Positions 1 to 11,400 of a stretch of 64,000 nucleotides of DNA are shown piece by piece (position 1 is the first letter of the stretch; each line of letters starts with the position of its first letter). The DNA comes from a virus, in IMG/VR virus record IMGVR_UViG_3300040856_003274, positions 96,001-160,000 of that record; one strand, given 5' to 3'. The position numbers were made by a program, and so were the translations under genes. The notes under the pieces are model-generated. The model saw nothing but the letters and a program-made list of their open reading frames with translations. It had not been told where the DNA came from and did not search any database.

Positions 1-124
1 AACAAGCGGTCACAAACCTGGAGCTACTCAAGTCGCATGGGCGAGAGCGCGTGTGTATTCTTTCTGCACAGGGGGCAAGACTACAAAAACAGGGGACAAA
101 GACCTCTTTGAGAAGTTAGGGTAA
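1..124 (+). CDS. 3' end of a DUF5824-like viral protein (partial, cut by window edge)
   Basis: Manual translation from nt 2: TSGHKPGATQVAWARARVYSFCTGGKTTKTGDKDLFEKLG*, TAA at 122-124. It resembles the GHRPG..qqWa.ARV.SF..GG.T..taD.DL motif I recall for DUF5824. Not in the ORF track. Confidence 0.65.
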   Translation, partial: TSGHKPGATQVAWARARVYSFCTGGKTTKTGDKDLFEKLG

Positions 125-197
125 TCTTATGTCGTGTTACTACTCAGAAGAGCTTTTAATGTGCATCTGTGAATACTTTGAGCTACTATTAGTGTAA

Positions 198-524
198 TCA
201 CCCGCTATGTGCGATAAGAGCTGCGAGAGCGCACAATAAGAGCGCCACGATACCACGCCAATTAAAGCCATAGTAGGCTGTGTTAAGGATTAGGTCTATT
301 GTGAGGCTACACAAGCCCCATGTGACTCCTGCTTTCCATACGTCACCGACCTCTACCAGCCTCCACCAAGCATGAAGAGTGATGTAGTTGGTGAAGAGGC
401 TAGTGTAGAGCCACCACTTAAAGGGAGTCCAGTCAAAACCGTAGATTTCTTTAGCGTTGCCCTTATACCAAAAGATTATGTTGGCAAAGCAAAGCCCTAA
501 TGCAGGGAGGATATATGGGTTCAT
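198..524 (-). CDS. small multi-pass membrane protein, SMR/DMT-like
   Basis: 108 aa with about four hydrophobic, Trp-rich segments and a C-terminal 'NWRGIVALLLCALAALI' helix; size and layout resemble SMR/EamA half-transporters; starts 1 nt after the glmS stop. Confidence 0.45.
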   Translation of the reverse strand: MNPYILPALGLCFANIIFWYKGNAKEIYGFDWTPFKWWLYTSLFTNYITLHAWWRLVEVGDVWKAGVTWGLCSLTIDLILNTAYYGFNWRGIVALLLCALAALIAHSG

Positions 525-525
525 A

Positions 526-2244
526 TCATTCCGTTGTAACGCTTTTAGCGAGGTTTCGTGGGCGGTCTACGTTCACGCCGAGTATTGTAGCGATGTGGTA
601 GTTGATGATCTGACCGCAAATAGTAAAGAGAATGGGGTTAAGGAAGGTAAAGTTTGAGCAAGGTATCTCGACGTAATAATCAAAAACTGACTTAGTTTCT
701 TTAGAGCACTTCTCATCTACAACACCGTATACGAGCCCGCTCCGCGCCTTAATCTCTTGTATGTTAGACACTGTTTTACTCTCGCTCTCTTTGTCCACGA
801 AAGCAAGCGTCGGTGTGCGCTCGTCTATAAGGGCTAGAGGGCCGTGTTTAAACTCGCTCGCGCTCATACCTTCAGCGTGTATGTAGCATATCTCTTTAAT
901 CTTAAGGGCAGTCTCTAATGCGCTAGAGATAAGAGTACCCCTAGCTACTACCATTAGGTTCTTAGCGGTGCTTATCTCTTTAGCGAGAACACTTAGTTTG
1001 TGGGAAGCTAAGAAAACTTCTCTTAAGGGGAAAGTCTCTGCGTAATCTCTAAGGTCATACGCTAAGGACAAGAGCGCGATAGCTTGATGTGTAACAGCCT
1101 TAGTAGACGCTACGCTAATCTCTTGTCCTGCTTCAATATAGAGGGAAGCATCGCAAGACCTGTCCAGGCTTGACCCTTTTGTATTATGAATAGCGAGTGA
1201 GGTGAGGCCGAGTTTCTTTACACATCGGAGAGTGTCTGCTGTCTCTCCTGATTGAGATACCGCGATGAGCAAGGTCTTCTCACCTACTGCGATGTGCTTG
1301 TCGTACTGAAGCTCTCCCGCGCTTAAGACTCTTACAGGTATTTTGTAGCGTGCTTCAAGAGCACTCGAAGCCATATGAGAAGCATATAGAGCACTACCAC
1401 AACCAGTAATGATAACTTGGTCTTTACCTTTGAAAAGCTCTCTTATATAGCAAGGATGCCTTGCGCTCATAAACATAGGGATGGAGGTTTCTTGCGAAGC
1501 AATCTCCTTGGACATGTAGTCTTTGTAACCATCTAGCCTATAGCTGTTATCTGTGTGTTCAAAAGGTCGGAACACTACACCTTTAACCTGATCCCCTGCT
1601 GAAATCTCTACCGCACAACACTCAGGTAGGTCAGCGTATAAGAAAGTATCTTCAGGTAAGCTGTTCTTATCTGAGGAGATGTAATAGCTTAAGGTTTGAG
1701 TAGCGCCTAATACGAGCGGGCTTCCCTTCTTAGCGACAAACAGGTTAAGAGGCTGGTGCGTAAAGAAACACACGATAGCGAAAGAGCCTTCTAAGAGCGC
1801 AATCGTGTCCTCAATCGCTTTGAGAGGACTACCCGACAGCTTGTACTCTCTCTCAATAAGGTTGGGGATAACCTCTGTATCTGTCTCAGAGTAAAAGTGG
1901 TGGCCCTCTTTTGAAAGTTGCTCTTTAAGGGCAAGGTGGTTTTCAATGATCCCGTTGTGAACAAGGAACACCTTACCGTTCATAGACATATGTGGGTGAG
2001 CGTTTTGCTCTGAAGGTTTTCCATGTGTCGCCCATCGGTTATGTCCTATAGCGGATTGGGTAGATGAGCCTTCTTCAGGAAGGTTCTCAGGATGCCCTAT
2101 GGTCTTCTCTAAAACTACCGCTGAGGTCGAAGTTGAGCTGGCTATCCCTGCGCTATCGTAGCCCCTATATGCGAGCTTTAAGAGCCCTTCTCTAACGACT
2201 TTATACGAGTCTTTGTGTCCTGTTGATCCAAATATACCACACAT
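526..2244 (-). CDS. glmS: glutamine--fructose-6-phosphate aminotransferase (isomerizing)
   Basis: MCGIFG start with Ntn catalytic Cys (ATG at 2244, not the 2274 track start), YRGYDSAG, GHNRWATHG, HNGIIEN, SETDTEV, SQSGETADT, VASTK, KHGPLALI and C-terminal PRNLAKSVTTE. Confidence 0.97.
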   Translation of the reverse strand: MCGIFGSTGHKDSYKVVREGLLKLAYRGYDSAGIASSTSTSAVVLEKTIGHPENLPEEGSSTQSAIGHNRWATHGKPSEQNAHPHMSMNGKVFLVHNGIIENHLALKEQLSKEGHHFYSETDTEVIPNLIEREYKLSGSPLKAIEDTIALLEGSFAIVCFFTHQPLNLFVAKKGSPLVLGATQTLSYYISSDKNSLPEDTFLYADLPECCAVEISAGDQVKGVVFRPFEHTDNSYRLDGYKDYMSKEIASQETSIPMFMSARHPCYIRELFKGKDQVIITGCGSALYASHMASSALEARYKIPVRVLSAGELQYDKHIAVGEKTLLIAVSQSGETADTLRCVKKLGLTSLAIHNTKGSSLDRSCDASLYIEAGQEISVASTKAVTHQAIALLSLAYDLRDYAETFPLREVFLASHKLSVLAKEISTAKNLMVVARGTLISSALETALKIKEICYIHAEGMSASEFKHGPLALIDERTPTLAFVDKESESKTVSNIQEIKARSGLVYGVVDEKCSKETKSVFDYYVEIPCSNFTFLNPILFTICGQIINYHIATILGVNVDRPRNLAKSVTTE

Positions 2245-2258
2245 AAGTTTTCTTTCCT

Positions 2259-3119
2259 TTACAGAGCAGACCAATGTTCAGGGTAAGTCCCGTCATCTTG
2301 CTCTATATTATCTAGTAATGAGTAATAAGGGCGAGGAGAGAGCTTATCGTAGCCTGGCTCGCGGGGATCAGGAAGTAGCCCGTCTTCGTAAAAGTTTTTA
2401 TCTATCACTTTAAGATTACGGGCTACGGAGAAATCTAGGTCTTTATCCTCGAAAGTCTCAGCGGTGACGATGTTAGGGGAGTCCCCTAAACGCCTTAAGA
2501 TCAAGTCCTTTTCTTGTTCGAGCTGTTCGTATAGGTCACAGAGTTTGATAATACGCGCCTCTAGCTCGTTGCGTCTAATCTTAATCTCTTGAGGGAACAC
2601 TTCTCTAATCTGAGAAACTGAGATCATCACCTCTTTGGCTTGATCCCAATAATGACCTCTCCGCCCTGTCTTGTTTTGATGGTATTTGTGGAAAGGTAGC
2701 GTGCCTTTTAAGTCTAAGGTTTGCTTTGTAGGGTCTTTTGATTGTGGAGAAGCTACTCCCCCGTAGGGATACCTTTGATAGTAAACTGTTTTACCTGAGT
2801 CCTCGTCTTTTAGAGGTACAGTGCTGTCAGGCCCTAAGAACATTGAGATGTCGAAAGGGTTACCGCCGACTGCGACATAAGCCTGTATGAGCTTATGGAT
2901 AGAAGACCCGCTATCCACTACAAGACCTAAACGGCGCTCTGTTTTCTTTGTAGGATCGGTAGGGAGGTCTTCGTAAAGGACAATCACTTCCCCTATCCTC
3001 TTTTGCTCAACGTCGATTGAGGCTAGTCTTCTAGCGGCATCTCGTCTTGCTTCGCCCACAAACTTTCGGAAAGCTCTCCATGAGCCCTCTCGGAATGTAC
3101 CTAAAAAGTTAAAGCTCAT
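2259..3119 (-). CDS. hypothetical protein, probably virion-associated, with coiled-coil segments
   Basis: Long ORF in the tail operon; likely start MSFNFLGTF at 3119, just after the upstream stop at 3121; heptad-like 'RRNELEARIIKLCDLYEQLEQEKD'. Confidence 0.5.
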   Translation of the reverse strand: MSFNFLGTFREGSWRAFRKFVGEARRDAARRLASIDVEQKRIGEVIVLYEDLPTDPTKKTERRLGLVVDSGSSIHKLIQAYVAVGGNPFDISMFLGPDSTVPLKDEDSGKTVYYQRYPYGGVASPQSKDPTKQTLDLKGTLPFHKYHQNKTGRRGHYWDQAKEVMISVSQIREVFPQEIKIRRNELEARIIKLCDLYEQLEQEKDLILRRLGDSPNIVTAETFEDKDLDFSVARNLKVIDKNFYEDGLLPDPREPGYDKLSPRPYYSLLDNIEQDDGTYPEHWSAL

Positions 3120-3120
3120 C

Positions 3121-5298
3121 TTAAAACTCCAATCCGTCAGGCAACGAGGGTAGCTCTTCGGTGTCGCTCCCTTGCTCCCCTTCACTAACGACGTTTTCTT
3201 TAATAAACTTGAAGGTGTCGATTAGGAGTGTAGGCACACCGCCAAAGACAAGCCCTACACCAGCGGAGAGATCCCTCACGTCGTCAGCAGGTTTGTTGTC
3301 AGCATTTAAGAAGTTAGTCATTAAGCCCTGACCGCCTTTTGCTTCTACAAGCAGGACATTAAAACTACTTACTGAGCCTATTCTGACTAAAAGAGCGTTT
3401 AAGAGCGCCGTTATCCTTAAGATGAAGTTTTGAAGCTCAGCGATACGGCTCTGTATAGCTTCGATGTAACCTATAATCTTCTCTACGATCCCTTTAAACC
3501 CTTTTAGGAGAGTCTCGAAGAAATCGTTAACTTGCTGGAGGATGTCCTCTACATCAGGGAATACTCTAGGGAACACTCGATAGGCTTCCCATGCGCTCTC
3601 AGGGACTGTGGAAGAGCTAACCACACTTAAGACTTTTTCAGCAGCCTCCAGCGCCGTTACCCCTAGAGCACCTTGAGTTAAAACCTCATAGACGGGCTTT
3701 TGCTCTTCATATCTACTATTAAACCTTCCGTAAAATACAGCAACGCCTGTATTTTTGCTACCCTGCCTGAGCAAGAATAACGGAGAACGGGTTTTTGCGA
3801 GCTTCTCCCCGTTCTTATATAGAGCACCTGACGGTACAAGTGTTAACTTTCCTCCCGCCGACATTTCTGATTTTCCAAAAAGGACACTTATAAATGAGCT
3901 TAGGGCAGTGCCGTACCTTTCGATAAAGTCATCACGAAAAGTCTTAGGGAGCGTAGTAAACTTCCCTAAAAGTTCTTTTGACAGGTCTGAGCTAATCTTA
4001 TCTAAGGAGTTTTCATAATACTCCAGATCAGTAATGTCGTTGAGCCCTCTAAAAGAAACCTCGTAAGTCTTTAGTATTACTTTAATACTCTGAGAACCGT
4101 ATTTACCTCCTAAAGGTGTGTTTTTACACACCATAGCAATGATCAAACTATGTTTGATGAGCTGAGTAAAGCCAGTGATGTCTACAGGCTTTTTGATCTC
4201 TAGAGGTTTTGAGATAGCGTTAAAGTTTTGCCATTCCGCATAAGAGCTTTTGATAAGCCCTGTGCGTATTCGGACATAAAAAACTCCCCTGTTGAAAACT
4301 TTTGTAGGCAAGTCTTTAAACTCAAGCGTGAGAGACACGTAATCACTCAGAGAGAACCCGTTAAAGCTACTAGATAAGTCTATTTCTTTAGTGATTTGGT
4401 AATCTTTTATGTCACGGTACTCAATCCCAGGCTTGTCTATCTGAGTGAAAAGTTGTACCTCGCTTTCAGGTAGTCCTTCTAGCTTATGTTCCCCATAAAG
4501 CACTATCTGCTTGCCCTTTGTATCTACGCAAGGGGTGACAATACCTTCTCGACTAGTCGAATGGGGAGGCCCTGCCGTGACTTTTAAAGGCATTAAGCCG
4601 TCTTTGTAGGCTGAGATGTCTACGAAAGCCTTTTCAGGTACGGGTGCGCCCTCAGGGTATTGCCAACTGATCTTAACCGCGTCAGCAGGTACACCACTGT
4701 CAGTGACACCTGCGCTACTCTTAATATTAGAGAAGCGATCCCCTACCTTTTGCAGATAAGAAAAGCTGAGGTCTGTCGCTAGCGCCGTGATCTCAGGAGC
4801 TTTTGAGCCCAAGAAGTAAGAGTCTATCTCATTAACGGTCTTTACGAATTTATGCACTAGGCTGGCGGGCGCACTGTAGTAAAAAAACAGCGCAAATACC
4901 TTCGTACTCTCGCTAAACAAGAACACGGGGTTGTTCGGGTCTGAGCTGTTAAGCATTGCCCCCGTTAAGCGTCCCTCGAACCCCTCGTACCCTCCTTCGA
5001 GTCTCTCTTGAAGAAATACTTTAGAGACATTAGTGGGGATGTCTTTATATACGTAAACACCCAAGTTACGGAGATCATTAAGTAAAGACTTAACTAAGCC
5101 GAGAAGCTCTTTAATGATGAGGTTAATCGGATTAGCGAAGTCGAAGACGAAGTTTTTAATGAGGTCTAACACGTCGTTGGCGATGTTTAGTACCTTCAGC
5201 AAAAACTCCGCTGCTTCGTTTACGCCATCTCTAACATCTTTAAGGAAGTCAGGGACGATAAGATCAGCTTTGCCCCACTCGTTTAACTGCTCCGCCAT
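3121..5298 (-). CDS. hypothetical virion/baseplate-associated protein with duplicated amphipathic helical ends
   Basis: 725 aa; N- and C-terminal long amphipathic helices, each followed by a GG..g...na...P segment; beta-rich middle; lies in the tail operon. Confidence 0.5.
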   Translation of the reverse strand: MAEQLNEWGKADLIVPDFLKDVRDGVNEAAEFLLKVLNIANDVLDLIKNFVFDFANPINLIIKELLGLVKSLLNDLRNLGVYVYKDIPTNVSKVFLQERLEGGYEGFEGRLTGAMLNSSDPNNPVFLFSESTKVFALFFYYSAPASLVHKFVKTVNEIDSYFLGSKAPEITALATDLSFSYLQKVGDRFSNIKSSAGVTDSGVPADAVKISWQYPEGAPVPEKAFVDISAYKDGLMPLKVTAGPPHSTSREGIVTPCVDTKGKQIVLYGEHKLEGLPESEVQLFTQIDKPGIEYRDIKDYQITKEIDLSSSFNGFSLSDYVSLTLEFKDLPTKVFNRGVFYVRIRTGLIKSSYAEWQNFNAISKPLEIKKPVDITGFTQLIKHSLIIAMVCKNTPLGGKYGSQSIKVILKTYEVSFRGLNDITDLEYYENSLDKISSDLSKELLGKFTTLPKTFRDDFIERYGTALSSFISVLFGKSEMSAGGKLTLVPSGALYKNGEKLAKTRSPLFLLRQGSKNTGVAVFYGRFNSRYEEQKPVYEVLTQGALGVTALEAAEKVLSVVSSSTVPESAWEAYRVFPRVFPDVEDILQQVNDFFETLLKGFKGIVEKIIGYIEAIQSRIAELQNFILRITALLNALLVRIGSVSSFNVLLVEAKGGQGLMTNFLNADNKPADDVRDLSAGVGLVFGGVPTLLIDTFKFIKENVVSEGEQGSDTEELPSLPDGLEF

Positions 5299-5495
5299 TA
5301 CTTACCTCCACCGTTTTTTATTTTGTGGATTTGGATTTTCGCGTTGATCAGCTTTTGCTTCTCAATCTCTACCTGTCCTTCAAAAAACTTCTTAAGCTGT
5401 AAGAGGCGCTCGTAATATTCTTTGCCCGCAGGGAGATCTTTTAACTGAAGGTCTTTGTCTAGCTTGCCCCATGAGTCCTTATCGTTTCCTGACAT
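5298..5495 (-). CDS. small coiled-coil hypothetical protein
   Basis: 65 aa; starts 3 nt after the giant gene stop and overlaps the next start (TAATG); helical, charged. Confidence 0.6.
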   Translation of the reverse strand: MSGNDKDSWGKLDKDLQLKDLPAGKEYYERLLQLKKFFEGQVEIEKQKLINAKIQIHKIKNGGGK

Positions 5496-5498
5496 AAT

Positions 5499-8400
5499 CT
5501 AGTCCTCCAAGTTAGTAGCGAGCCTCTTGGCTCGGTTTATCGCTTCCTTTTGCCGACGCGGAAGCTCAAAAATATCGTATCTGAGAAGCTCTTGGAAACT
5601 CCCGTCTTTACGATTAACTCTGTAATCTAGCCAAGAATATCGAGACTCTAACAAGTCTTCCCCTTGGTTTAGAAGCTCACTAATTCTCGTAAGCATCGAG
5701 GGCTGGTTGAAGTCATCCTCGAAAAGAGTATACGGCTCAGCAGACCCTGTAGGAGTTTCATTGTCAAGGTCGGAGTCTTCAATAAATACGCGCCTGTCTA
5801 GGATACTTAAGCAGTCTGAGTCATTAACGTAAGGGGCGATGCTCACTTGACCTCTCACATCCTCAACGAGAACATTCAAAGCCACTCCTAAACCTATTGT
5901 AGGATCGACGTTAGACCCTACATCTTGAGCGTGTGCCTCTTCTTGAAAGTCTCGGTATGTTCCGTACTTCTTATTCGCATACAGAGTCCTGATCTGATCC
6001 ACAAGCGATAACGTGCGCTCTCTAAGCAATAGGATTTGACCTACCGCATTTTCGGAGAGTAACCCTGTAGGCTTGATGATCTTGTAGGAGTACGGCGCTA
6101 CTGAGAGGTAGTTGCCTCCAAAAGAAAGCGTGTTCGGGTCAGCATACTCTGTAGGTCTTAAATCCATTTGACCCTCTAGCCCATTGTCTGACAAAAGGCT
6201 ACCGTTGACGGTAGGGTACACTGTAAAAGCGCGTTGATTATCGTCACTGTCTTCAATCACGTCCCCAAACGCGGAGTTACCTACAACACCTGTAAGAGAA
6301 GTAACTGTTAACTCCGTAGGACTCACGCTTAATACTTTGTAAAAGCCTCGGTTGTCATCGTAAGGGCTAGGAGAGCCCGCTTGATGTACAAGATTGCCAA
6401 GAGAGTCTAAGCGACCTGGCACTCCAATGTCTCCGAAAGGTCGAGCCCCTTGCTCCCCTAAATCGTTTAGAACACCCGCAGGGTCAATAATCACAATATC
6501 GCCCTCTTCGACACCTTCATCGACATAGTTAAGGTAAAGGGGGTCTGACACATCCCGATCCGTGTTATTGTCCTTTAAGAAATTGATAGAGTCCTCATAG
6601 TTTGTGCGCCAAGGGGTATACCCTCCAAAGCCAGCCTCTGCCGTCATGGTGACTCTAACAGTGTCTGTGATTGCGTCTAAAAGCTCTTCACAAGACTGCT
6701 GGTGAGGTATGGGGGCTTGTTTTAATAAAACTACCGCTTCATCGTATGTGTGATCTGCGTCGAGCTCCCAATCTAGCTCTAAATAAAGGCGCTCTGCTTC
6801 TACTTTTGTAATCTTAGACTGGAAAACGGTGACTCCTCTACGTTTTACCTTTAACTCGTCCCCTGCATTAATATTAACGCGGGAGTATGTAAAGAGTCCT
6901 AGTTGAGTGCCTCCGTTAGACTCGAAAACTGTTTTTAATCCGTTAGCGCCATCAGCAAAGGAGATGCTGTTAGCTCTTCTCATCTCGTAGATGTAAGAAA
7001 GCTCAGAAGCATCCGTTTTAATAGAATTGTTCGCTTCGTGGAAGCGCCTAATATGAGACACCTCAAAGTTGACATATTCTTTCTCTGTGGGGATAGCCGC
7101 AGGGACAAAACTCGATAAAGACCTTAGCCCTAGTTTAAGATTAAGGTTCAGAGGGTTATTAGTGTTTTGCTCGTCAATCACTCTCTGAGCCGTCCCTTCA
7201 CCTAAGTCTTGAACGGGCTGAGGTATTGTAGGCTCAAGATAGATACCTGCGGTTGCTCGGTAAGTAGCAGTGAAAGTGTCAAACGGGCTTAAACACCGCA
7301 AGGCGCTCTCGGCAGGGTTCGTGATTAACACTCCTCTAGGGTTATTTAACGTGAGCCATTGCGCATCCGTAAGATAGCTGAGGTTAAAGCTACTTGGAGT
7401 ATTGTTATAAAGGTAAGGCCCTGAGTACCTCTTTCGCCATTCTTCCAAGACTACATTAGTGAAGGGCTGGACGGCTAACTCGCCTGCTAAAATACCGAAG
7501 CTACCGCCTGTCGCATCCACAGGTCTGCCTACAGAGAAATCAAGAGTGTCTCCATTTATGGTATTAAATGCCATTTCTTCGACACCGTAAATGGAGCTCG
7601 CTGGGTCATGGTAGCCCTGTGGAGTGAAGCCCTCAGCATAATCAAAGTCAAGAGGTAGAGAGGTCATCCCCGATATGTAAGCACCTCGCAGATTGGTCAA
7701 AAGGTCTGCGAAGTCGTTAGCAGGTATCACATTGCCCAAGGCATCCCTAAAGTTTGAGAGTGTTTTAAACGTAATATTATGCTCAATGAGCGCATAGTCT
7801 GCGCAAATGATCGCGTAGCGGAGATCAGTAGAGCTTCCTGAGTAGAGCTGTCTAAAGTTTGTGATAATGTGGACACGTCCACTTACTACAGGGAAGAAAT
7901 ACCGATACGATTGCGGGTCGTTGATAGGCTCTTGTACCGTAATCGAGTATGTGCCTCCTGATGAAGTAATCTCTTTGAAGAGTGGGAAGGCAGATATTAC
8001 GGGCAGGTCTTTCTCAAAAGTACCGTAATCTAAGCCCGCGTCAGCAGGGACAACGCCTCTAATCAAGTAAGAACCCGCTTTTGTGGTGCAAGGGTAGCCA
8101 GCCACCGCAGAGCTTTTAATCTTAAGCACATCGCTCTTCTCAATGCCGTCGAGAGCACCTGAAGAAAGAGTCACGTCCTTGAGGATAAAGTCCGAGTCTG
8201 AGCTAGCGAGGTCTTCTGCTAAGACAGTGCCAACCACCACAGGTTCTGAGCTAGGGATCACAGACACACTTAGAGTTTCATTAGAAGCCTCTAAGATATC
8301 CTTAACGGGCTGGTTACCCGAACCCTCCCAACCGTGAGCCCTCAAACCCCACCTTGCGCTGGTAGCGTCATAGATGCCTACACCGAGGTGGTCAAGTGTC

Positions 8401-11400
8401 CTTCTCTTAAAGGTAAGAGGGTCGCCTCCGTTAATCTCTAGGGCAGAGTTTACTGAGCTATCAGGGTTTCCTGTAAGCCCTGTCTCAACTTGCTCTACAT
8501 CAAGCGTTGCTTCTAAAGAAAGACCGCTTATAGAGTGCATACGCCCGCGCTCGCCCGCGTGAGAGAGAGGGTACACCTCTGTAAAGGTGAGTCTGTCTTC
8601 TTCAATATTAGCGGTACGGGAGCTAGCTCTAATGTTAACGCTGAAGTCTAAGTGACCTTCGCTGTCGTTAGGATTAGAGACGAAGAAGTTAGCGCCCGAA
8701 GTCACTTTATGGAAGTAATGACTAGGGTCAATAAGAGGAGAGCCCAAAGTAGTGGTGGTAATGACAAGGTTTGTTTGAAACGAGAAGCTACCAAACAACA
8801 GTGCGAAACTCGCACTGACTGTTCCGTCTGCGCTTATTCTTTGTACACTGCCTGTGACACTGCCTGACGGTGTAGTTTTAGTGAGCCTAATCGTATCAAC
8901 GACCTCGCCCTCGTTTACCGCTACGAAAGGGTCTATGTCTCGTTTATAGAGATTAATCTCGATAATCGTACCGAACTCTGCGTTAAACCATAAGTCTTCA
9001 AACGGCGTAAGGTCTAAGCCTCCTATAGACTCGACTTTGAAGGTATACACATAAATATTCAACACAGCGTCATAGACGCGACGTACCGCTACCCCTGAGA
9101 AGTGGCCTGGGTCTTCGTAAGCAAGCGCGTTATTTAAAACGTAAGAAATCTTATTGCCGATCTCTGTGTGGCTTACATATCTAGGCGGCTCAACGCTATT
9201 AGAGTCTACTCTGCCTACCGAAAGGAAGCCTCTACTACCTAACGTAGAACCCTCTAATGTCTCTGAGAGCATTAGATCATAAGGCTCTGCGTCTGCGACA
9301 CCGCTTTTAGGCGTGTAAGCCCCTGCGTCCGTCACAGGGAGCAATGATCTTGAAAAATCTAAGATACCCATGTCGTCAGGTACAGCGGAACGCTCAACGA
9401 TCTCGTCAGGGTAATCTGACTGAGTAACCGTAGCGTTATCTTGGTCTAAAACCGTTTGGAGCTTCTTTTGGAGTGCTCTCAACCTAATCTTCTCTACAGA
9501 AGGACTTGAGAGGTAAGGTACGGGGTAGTCCCCACTATCAGACTTATCTTCACTAAAGAGCGCAGGTAATCTTAAGGGCTCGATATCGCTATACGAAAAA
9601 GAGATATCCGCGTCATAGAACATTCCAGGTGTAGGAGGAGTTTGACCTAACATTTCTTTTAGAGGAAAAGGCACTGTGTCTTCTAGGCTTGGTAAAGATC
9701 GGTCTGCGATCTCCCCGTTAGAGCGGAGCGTGAAGTCAGAACCTGCTCTGTAAGTATCCGAGAAAGAGGAGACGAGAACCATCTCTTCTATCGTAGGGCT
9801 AATACCTGCATCGCTAGAAGGCTGTGTTGCTTCCGCGAAGAGGGTATCGCCCTCGGAGATGACAGCCCCCTCTCTAAGGCTAGAGATGTCTTGAACGCGC
9901 CTAACGGGGTCTGACTCGTCGCTCTTTAAGTCGATTACGCATCCAGCATAGATATTTCTTACCGATACTTTGGCGTATACGGGCTCGTCTTGTATCTCGA
10001 CGTATTTAACATCTCTAAGGTTAATGATTTGCCCGTTCGCATACCCTACGTTTAGAGTATCGCCTACCTTAAACGCTGGAGTAGATAGTTCTACATCCCC
10101 TGTCGTCAAATCACTTAAAGAGCCTCCGTTAGAGATGAGTTTGGTAAGGTCAGGTAGCTCGTTCTCGTCTAGGGGGAAGTCTTTGATTAGGAGAGGAGTG
10201 GCTAAGATTGCAGGTCTAGGAGTCACTGAGAAAGACTCCGCGCCGACAAGCCCTAATGATGTGTCTAACTCAGGAAACCCGTGAGGTGAGTAACTTACAA
10301 CACGCGCTCTCGGAAACCGCTTTCTTAGAGTAGCGTCTGTAACCGCGCTCACTTCTCCTATTACGTTGTTTTGAAGCTGACCGATTACATTCCCATTTGT
10401 ATCTGCCCACCCATAATCAAAAACACCGCGCCCTGTCTCAACGACTCGACCTGCGGTAAAGATACCATCGTTAGGGTACTCGTCTGAAACGTGGCCTTTG
10501 TAGATTTGACCGTATCCTTGAGCTCTTTGAGGGAAGAGTCTTGAGAGCTTATGGAGCTCACCTAGCCTCTTATAGACTCCCCTAAGAGTGTTTTTCTTAT
10601 CGCCGTTGATTTTTATTGTTTTTTTACGAGTGCCTACAAGCACAATGTCATCAACATCGTTCTCTACGTAACGCTTCTGATCATTCGTAAGTCTTTTAAT
10701 CTCGCTAGAGGTCATGTCTTGGTCGTCAAACACAACACCATCAATCAGAGAGGGTGTAATGTGCGGGCGCAAGAGCGGGTCACTGCTAATAGGAATGTAA
10801 GGCGAGTTAGACACCGCTGAGAAAGCCTCTCGGAAGAGTATTCTTGGCGTGTAAGAGCCCTCGATCAGGTTCTCGAAGCCAGGTGTCTCGGTTACGCGGT
10901 CTTCTCGCCTAATATTAAACTTGAGCTTACCGTCTCGGTCACCAATGAAGACACCCTCTGAAGTCTCTACCATCTGCTCAAGAGAACACACTACATTATG
11001 GTAGAAGCTCAGGAAAGATCGAGCTACGCGCTCCTTATTTTTAATCCTTGTGCGGGTCGAGAGTATGCCTGATACACCTTTATCGTTACTCTCGTCAGGC
11101 GCTGAGGCGAGAAAAGAGCCGAAGGTGTTAAGGTTCTTTTCTCGGTCTTCGCTTAAGACCTCTTTCGCAAACTCCTTGAGCGGTAAAGCGCGGAAATAAA
11201 ACCCGTCAGGGTCTACGTACTCGTACTTGCCTTTTAAGATGAACCCATTGTTCTCTTCAGGAGATACGAGTTTAATGTAAGAGATGCCTAGTAAGGGGCT
11301 TACAAGCACTCCGTCTCGGAAATACGGAGAGGGCGCTTTGATTAAGCTGAACGCTCCGAATAGCTCGTCTCCAGCATCGAAGCCTTTAAAGTGGTTAGAG

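Noticed and set aside
2245-2330. glmS ribozyme upstream of glmS
   Set aside because: Only 14 nt separate glmS from the upstream coding sequence; no room or recognisable ribozyme core.
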